Assembly (NCBI GenBank): GCA_030153785.1
Contig: JASKLF010000008.1
Coordinates: forward strand, 1 to 64,000
Direction: 5' to 3'
From: a bacterium
GTDB taxonomy: Bacteria; Synergistota; GBS-1
Length of the DNA: 64,000 bases
Shown here: one piece after another, positions 58,625-64,000 of the stretch
How the letters are laid out: every line of letters begins with the position of its first letter
How positions within the stretch are numbered: the first letter of the stretch is position 1
Position numbers and translations under genes: made by a program
Notes under the pieces: model-generated
What the model saw: the letters and a program-made list of their open reading frames with translations, nothing else
The model's database searches: none
Told to the model about the DNA's origin: nothing

Positions 58625-60480
58625 AAGGGGTTCTTCCAAGAGAGGAAGCTTTAGAGAAATGGTTAACGGAAATTAACGTTTCTCCCTTGGGTGAGGAGAA
58701 AGTTCCCTTGCGAAACGCGGTAGGGAGGGTTACTTCGCGCCCCGTATTTGCAACCATTTCTTCCCCTTCTATAAAACTTTCGGGAATGGATGGTTTTGCG
58801 ATAAAATCTTCCACTACCATAGGAGCTACGGAGGTAAAACCGGTTTTAATAGAGGATTATTTTCCTGTAAATACAGGTTTTCCTGTTCCCCAGGAGTATG
58901 ATGCTGTTCTCCTAAAGGAGGAGGCTTTGTTTGAGGGATCAAAATTAAAGGTTTTAAGAAGCCTTAGATCTGGGGAAAATATTAGATTCCCGGGAGAAAA
59001 CTTTTCTCAAGGGGAACTGCTTGTGGAATCTTGTAGACGTTTAACTTTTCAGGAATTGCAAATGCTCGCCGCTTCTGGTATTAGCGAGGTTTGGGTGTGG
59101 AAAAAGCCAAAGGTTTGTTTTATTCCTGTTGGAGACGAGCTTGCGTTGGTTGGTAAGGATCTTGATGGTAAGCTTGCTTATGAGAGCAACTCTTTCATAT
59201 TACAACCTCTTATTGAAGAGTGGGGAGGAGATGTAGTTGTCAAAGAAATAGTGCCTGATGATTACGATGTTTTGTTTAATACACTAAAAGCGGAATCGGA
59301 AAACTATGATCTGTTAATAGTGGGTGCTGGTTCCTCTAAAGGTGGCAGGGATTTTACAGCTGATGTAATATCTGCGTTGGGGGAAGTTATCGTTGATGGA
59401 ATAGCTTGTAGGCCAGGTAAGCCCCTTATTTTAGGTAAGATAAAAAATAAGCCTGTTATTGGTTTGCCAGGCTACCCTGTTTCTGCATGGGTAGCTCTTA
59501 CTTTTTTTGTCTATCCTTTGATCTGCAAGTATTTGGGATTGTATCCTTCTTCTCCCGAGAAGATAGAAGCTTGCATCTCTAAAGGTATTGTTTCTACTGA
59601 GGGGATAGAGGAGGTCATAAGGGTTAGGCTTGCGAAGATTTCTGAAAGGTGGATAGCTGTTGCTTTGCCTCGAGGGGCGGGTAACATATCTTCTTTGGGG
59701 AAGGCCGACGGGTATATAGTTATTCCCAGAGATGTGATTGAACTTGAAAGAGGAGCAAGGGTTGAAGTCAACCTTTTGAAGAAAAGGGAAACCCTTGAAA
59801 AAACCATCCTTTTTATTGGGAGTCATGATCTTATTCTTGATTTGCTTGCTGATGAAGTAGCTAAGAATTACCCTGAACTTCGGTTTGTCCCTGTTCATGT
59901 GGGCAGTTTGGGAGGGTTGTTTGCTCTCAAGAACAGGGAAGCCCATATTTCGGGAATACACCTTTTCGATGAGAAGACAGGTATCTACAACATACCCTTT
60001 ATAGAAAGGCATTTGGCGGGAGAGAAAGTAGAAGTAATAAAGCTCGTTTATAGAGAGCAGGGTTTAATGATCAGGCCTGGGAATCCTAAGGGAGTAAAGG
60101 GGCTGTCTGATTTGGTTAGAGAAGATATTACTTTCGTGAATAGGCAACGTGGATCTGGTACGAGGATACTTCTCGATTATTTGCTTAAAAGGGAGGGAAT
60201 CATTCCGTCTTCTATCAAGGGATATGAAGATGAGGAATTTACTCATCTTAGTGTTGCTATTAGGGTAGCTTCCGGTAGTGCTGATGTGGGGATGGGGATC
60301 TATGCGGCGGCTAAAGCAATGGGTTTAGATTTTATCCCTTTGTTTGAGGAGGAGTACGATCTGGTTACTCTTAAGGAGTATTTAGATTTGCCATTTTTGA
60401 AGGCTTTACTCTCCATAATTGATAGTGAAACCTTTAAGAACAGGGTTCTATCGCTGGGAGGTTACAGATGGGCGAGGTAG
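58612..60480 (+). CDS. MoeA fused to a periplasmic-binding-protein-like (PBP) domain
   Basis: MDGFA, GDEL, PGKP, GLPGYP, then GSHD, GSLGG, NRQRGSGTR; probable CTG start at 58612 (first standard start TTG 58687). Confidence 0.88.
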   Translation: MEYLKGVLPREEALEKWLTEINVSPLGEEKVPLRNAVGRVTSRPVFATISSPSIKLSGMDGFAIKSSTTIGATEVKPVLIEDYFPVNTGFPVPQEYDAVLLKEEALFEGSKLKVLRSLRSGENIRFPGENFSQGELLVESCRRLTFQELQMLAASGISEVWVWKKPKVCFIPVGDELALVGKDLDGKLAYESNSFILQPLIEEWGGDVVVKEIVPDDYDVLFNTLKAESENYDLLIVGAGSSKGGRDFTADVISALGEVIVDGIACRPGKPLILGKIKNKPVIGLPGYPVSAWVALTFFVYPLICKYLGLYPSSPEKIEACISKGIVSTEGIEEVIRVRLAKISERWIAVALPRGAGNISSLGKADGYIVIPRDVIELERGARVEVNLLKKRETLEKTILFIGSHDLILDLLADEVAKNYPELRFVPVHVGSLGGLFALKNREAHISGIHLFDEKTGIYNIPFIERHLAGEKVEVIKLVYREQGLMIRPGNPKGVKGLSDLVREDITFVNRQRGSGTRILLDYLLKREGIIPSSIKGYEDEEFTHLSVAIRVASGSADVGMGIYAAAKAMGLDFIPLFEEEYDLVTLKEYLDLPFLKALLSIIDSETFKNRVLSLGGYRWAR

Positions 60481-61445
60481 GATTGAAGGATAGATTTGGA
60501 AGAATTATAAGCTATCTTAGGGTTTCTGTGACGGATAGGTGTAACCTCCGATGTAGATATTGTATGCCTCCCGAAGGAATCGAGTTAATTTCTCATGAAG
60601 AAATCTTAAGATACGAGGAATTAACAACAATCTTAAAGATTTTTGTTGGTCTTGGCCTTAAAAGAGTCCGTTTTACGGGGGGAGAGCCTCTCGTCAGAGA
60701 AGGATTTGTTTCCTTCTTGAAGAGAGTTCGGGAAAAATTTCCTGCTCTGGGTATTTCTTTGACCACTAATGGGATCCTTCTTAAGAAATTTAGAGAGGAG
60801 TTGTCTAGCATAGCTTTGGACTCCCTTAACATTAGTTTGGACACTCTTGACCCCGAAAAGTATAGATGCATAACACGTTTAGGGAAAATCGAAGATGTTT
60901 GGGAAGGTATACATGCTTTCCTTAATGGGAAAACGAGGCTGAAGCTTAACGTGGTGGCTATCAAAGGTTTTAATGACGATGAGGTCTTGAAATTTGTGGA
61001 GTTGACCAAGAGGTTTAACTTGATAGTAAGATTTATCGAATTTATGCCTGTAAACACCGTTGTTTGGAAAGAGGGTGACTTCCTTTCAATAGTTGAGATA
61101 AAGGAGATAATAGAGAAGAAATACTTATTAAAGGAGTGTGGTTATGAAAATGGAGCTGGACCGGCCAAGTATTATACTCTCCCGTGGGGTGGGAAGATTG
61201 GATTCATCGGTGCAGTTAGCCAACACTTTTGTGAAAACTGTAATAGGATAAGGTTGACAGCTGATGGGAGATTGCGAACTTGTCTATTTGGGGGTCCAGA
61301 GTTAGATGTTAAGAAGCTTATTAGGAGTGGCTTGAGGGAGGGAGAAGTTTCTATATTGATAAGGGATATTCTTCAGCATAAGCCTAAGAATCGTTTTGAG
61401 ATAGCCTTCAAAGAAGATAGCTATATGTCGAGAATAGGAGGGTGA
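60468..61445 (+). CDS. moaA: GTP 3',8-cyclase MoaA
   Basis: YLRVSVTDRCNLRCRYC, FCENCNRIR, C-terminal IGG. Confidence 0.96.
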   Translation: MGEVGLKDRFGRIISYLRVSVTDRCNLRCRYCMPPEGIELISHEEILRYEELTTILKIFVGLGLKRVRFTGGEPLVREGFVSFLKRVREKFPALGISLTTNGILLKKFREELSSIALDSLNISLDTLDPEKYRCITRLGKIEDVWEGIHAFLNGKTRLKLNVVAIKGFNDDEVLKFVELTKRFNLIVRFIEFMPVNTVVWKEGDFLSIVEIKEIIEKKYLLKECGYENGAGPAKYYTLPWGGKIGFIGAVSQHFCENCNRIRLTADGRLRTCLFGGPELDVKKLIRSGLREGEVSILIRDILQHKPKNRFEIAFKEDSYMSRIGG

Positions 61446-61897
61446 GAGTTTTGGCTGAAATGATAGATGTTTCCGGTAAAGAGTTAAGCGAAAGGGAGGC
61501 AGTGGGCTATGCTAAAGTTGTTTTAGGAGAGAAGGTTTTTAAAGCTCTAATTGAAGGAACTTTACCCAAAGGGGATCCACGGGAACCGGCTCGTATAGCT
61601 GGTATCCTAGGAGCAAAGAAGACAGCCGAGCTTATTCCTTTATGCCATCCGATAAAGTTGGATTACATTTGTATAGACTTTAATCTTGTTCCTGATCAAT
61701 CTGCTATAGAGATAACTGCAAAAGCCAAAGCTAGAGAGCGTACAGGAGTCGAAATGGAAGTCTTAACAGCCGTTGCTGTATCTGCTTTAACCATTTACGA
61801 TATGTGTAAGGGGCTGGACAAAGGTATAGTGATAGAAGAAATATGTCTTTTGAGCAAAAGGGGAGGTAAAAGCGGTGACTTTGTTAGGGAAAAGTAA
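61442..61897 (+). CDS. moaC: Cyclic pyranopterin monophosphate synthase MoaC
   Basis: MIDVSGK, LIPLCHP, TGVEME, IYDMCK, K.GGKSG. Confidence 0.95.
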   Translation: MRVLAEMIDVSGKELSEREAVGYAKVVLGEKVFKALIEGTLPKGDPREPARIAGILGAKKTAELIPLCHPIKLDYICIDFNLVPDQSAIEITAKAKARERTGVEMEVLTAVAVSALTIYDMCKGLDKGIVIEEICLLSKRGGKSGDFVREK

Positions 61898-62744
61898 GGT
61901 TATCTCTGTTAACTCGCTTTCAACCTCTGGTAGAAAACTTCCTACTTTTGAACTAATGTTTTTCTTAGGAGAGGAAGTAATTGTGTTTTCTGTTGAAAAC
62001 CTTGTAGGAAAGAGTATTCCACCTTCAGAATTAAGGGGTTTCGTTGAAGATATAACGATCGATGGCATTTCTTATGTTGACCCAGGTAATTATCTGAGGC
62101 TCGGCGAACTTGTAGTAAAAGTTAAATCGGTAGGCGTTGATAGTGTACCAGTGAGCTCTAAACGAGGCGAAATTGTGAGGCAACAGGGATTGTGGTGCGA
62201 AGTTAAAAAGGATGGTAGAGTGAAAGTAGGAGATATGGTGTATGTAATGAGGCCCATCAGTGTTGGAGTTATAGTGGCAAGCGATAAAGGATCCAAGGGG
62301 GAAAGGGAAGATATAAGTGGAAGGGTAATAGAGGAGAAAATAATAGAAATTGGGGGAGAGGTTAAACACTATTTCATTGTTCCAGATGAGATTGATGTGA
62401 TATCTAAGAAAATAAAGGAGTTAGCAAGTCTTGGTTGCGACCTTGTTTTGACGAGCGGAGGTACTGGTTGGAGTAAAAGAGATGTAACGCCTGAGGCTAC
62501 TATTAGAGTTATAGAAAAAGAAATTCCTGGACTGGCGGAGATTATGAGAATAGAAGGGTATAAAAGAACGCCATTTTCTGTTCTATCTCGAGCTGTTGCT
62601 GGTATAGTTGGAGAAACTGTGGTTATAAATCTTCCTGGCAGTCCCAAGGGGGTTAGGGAAAGTTTAGAGCTTTTGATGCCTGTTTTATTACACGGAATTG
62701 GCGTTTTGAAAGGATGGGACAGAGAGTGTGGAAAGATAAAATAA
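61875..62744 (+). CDS. Degenerate MOSC-like domain fused to MogA/MoaB adenylyltransferase
   Basis: C-terminal SD.G..G.RED.SG, VPDE, GGTG..RDVTPEAT, NLPGSP; N-terminal EDIT..GI / G.VKVGD. Confidence 0.8.
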   Translation: MTLLGKSKVISVNSLSTSGRKLPTFELMFFLGEEVIVFSVENLVGKSIPPSELRGFVEDITIDGISYVDPGNYLRLGELVVKVKSVGVDSVPVSSKRGEIVRQQGLWCEVKKDGRVKVGDMVYVMRPISVGVIVASDKGSKGEREDISGRVIEEKIIEIGGEVKHYFIVPDEIDVISKKIKELASLGCDLVLTSGGTGWSKRDVTPEATIRVIEKEIPGLAEIMRIEGYKRTPFSVLSRAVAGIVGETVVINLPGSPKGVRESLELLMPVLLHGIGVLKGWDRECGKIK

Positions 62745-63547
62745 AACTTGTAGTTGTAGATTTAGATGGTACTCTTCTCTCAAGGGATGGTGATGTAGAG
62801 CCACATGTTGTGGAAGAATTTAAAAGGGTCAGGGATCTCGGTATAAGGGTTCTTGTTGCTACTGGAAGATTAACGATGGCTGCACGGGAGTTTGCTAAAA
62901 AGATAGGCAGTGATCTTCCTATTATATCCTGCAATGGAGCTCTTATAGAGAGTCTTGAAGGGGAAATATTGTTTACCATGCCTATCAGCAAGGTTGTTTT
63001 GTGGGATATACTAAGAATGTTGAAAATGGTGCCAGGATTTTTCCCTCACTTTTTTACTCCTCATAGAATGCTGGCTTTGAAAATGTCTGAGGTTTTAAGG
63101 TTTTATATTAACTACGTCAAAGAGGAAATTTTAGTTGCAAGAGATTTGGAGGAAGTGTTTAGGGAAAAGACGATTCTGAAAGTTCTCCTGCTTGCCGAAA
63201 CTCCTAAGTTGGTAGATAGGTATTTATCTTTTTTCAAGAACTATCTAAACGGTAAGGCTTATGTGGCGAGGTCTTTCCCTACTTATGTTGAAGTAGTTAA
63301 TCCCAAAGCTAACAAGGGCACTGCTTTAGAATGGATTCTTGAAAAGCTTGGTTATAATTTAGATCAGGTTATGGCATTTGGTGATAGCGAAAATGATATA
63401 GAAATTTTCAAACGCGTAGGTTTGCCCATTGCTGTTTCTAATGCAGATCCGGCGTTAAAGAAACACGCTTATTATGTTACAAAACGCCCCTTAGGGGATG
63501 GGGTAGTGGAGGGGTTACAGCTTTTTCTGGGAGGAAAATGCAGGTAA
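62714..63547 (+). CDS. Cof-type HAD hydrolase
   Basis: DLDGTLL, ATGR, NGA, KG.AL, FGDSEND. Confidence 0.92.
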   Translation: MGQRVWKDKIKLVVVDLDGTLLSRDGDVEPHVVEEFKRVRDLGIRVLVATGRLTMAAREFAKKIGSDLPIISCNGALIESLEGEILFTMPISKVVLWDILRMLKMVPGFFPHFFTPHRMLALKMSEVLRFYINYVKEEILVARDLEEVFREKTILKVLLLAETPKLVDRYLSFFKNYLNGKAYVARSFPTYVEVVNPKANKGTALEWILEKLGYNLDQVMAFGDSENDIEIFKRVGLPIAVSNADPALKKHAYYVTKRPLGDGVVEGLQLFLGGKCR

Positions 63548-64000
63548 TAATATTAACTGGTCTTTCGGGGGCAGGAAAATCTTTAGCGTTAAGAAGCTTA
63601 GAAGATATTGGTTTTTTCTGTATTGATAATCTTCCTCCCGTTTTGATTCCAAAACTCGTAGAATTATCTCTTCTTTCTACAGGACTTGAAAGGATAGCTC
63701 TGGTTATAGACATACGAGGAAGAGATTTTCTTGATCATCTGAAAACGAGTATTTCTTTTCTTAAAGAGAGGGGAATTACTTTTAAAATGATCTTTTTGGA
63801 AGCAAATGACGAAGTTATTATAAGGCGGTTCGAAGAAACGAGAAGGCCTCATCCTCTTCAAGGAGGTCTTCTAAACATCAGGGAAGCCATAGAAAGGGAA
63901 AAAGAAATGCTTCGTCCATTAAGGGAAGTAGCAGATGTTATTTTAGATACTTCTAATATGCCCCCTTCTGCTCTTAGGAACACTATAAAAGGAATTGCAG
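63538..64000 (+). CDS. rapZ: RNase adapter RapZ/YvcJ (partial, runs off the window)
   Basis: Read directly (not in ORF track): MQVIILTGLSGAGKS..LEDIGFFCIDNLPP..DIR..RFEETRRPHPL. Confidence 0.92.
   Translation, partial: MQVIILTGLSGAGKSLALRSLEDIGFFCIDNLPPVLIPKLVELSLLSTGLERIALVIDIRGRDFLDHLKTSISFLKERGITFKMIFLEANDEVIIRRFEETRRPHPLQGGLLNIREAIEREKEMLRPLREVADVILDTSNMPPSALRNTIKGIA

Overview
Very gene-dense, AT-rich core-genome segment of a bacterium that is probably thermophilic, anaerobic and diderm. This is inferred from Firmicute-like gene order combined with a secretin, FBP aldolase/phosphatase, Clp1, archease and tandem MoeA. The window opens with the 3' end of a 16S rRNA gene plus tRNA-Ile and tRNA-Ala, then a terminator and protein genes; no 23S rRNA follows. 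Next come phoU, eno, a TPR gene, polA, FBP aldolase/phosphatase, two DUF4097-like genes, a Clp1-type kinase, tRNA-Leu and rlmN. From 12.7 kb to the end there are about 55 co-oriented genes. They include a type IV pilus operon (pilD, two minor pilins, a 1027-aa PilX/beta-helix fusion, comFB, pilMNOPQ, pilB, pilT, pilC), translation, tRNA-modification and mismatch-repair genes, a four-subunit 2-oxoacid:ferredoxin oxidoreductase, nucleoside salvage genes, and Mo/W-cofactor biosynthesis. No CRISPR array, transposase or prophage was seen. The best leads are the unusual pilus system (giant PilX-anchored tip protein, embedded ComFB, PilT with Asn in Walker A), the unlinked rRNA operon, a LarE-like PP-loop/Fe-S enzyme beside ttcA, and archaeal-type RNA-repair parts (Clp1, archease). 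All calls come from motif recognition by eye. No database searches were run, and several start codons were moved from the ORF track on the basis of Shine-Dalgarno (SD) position.
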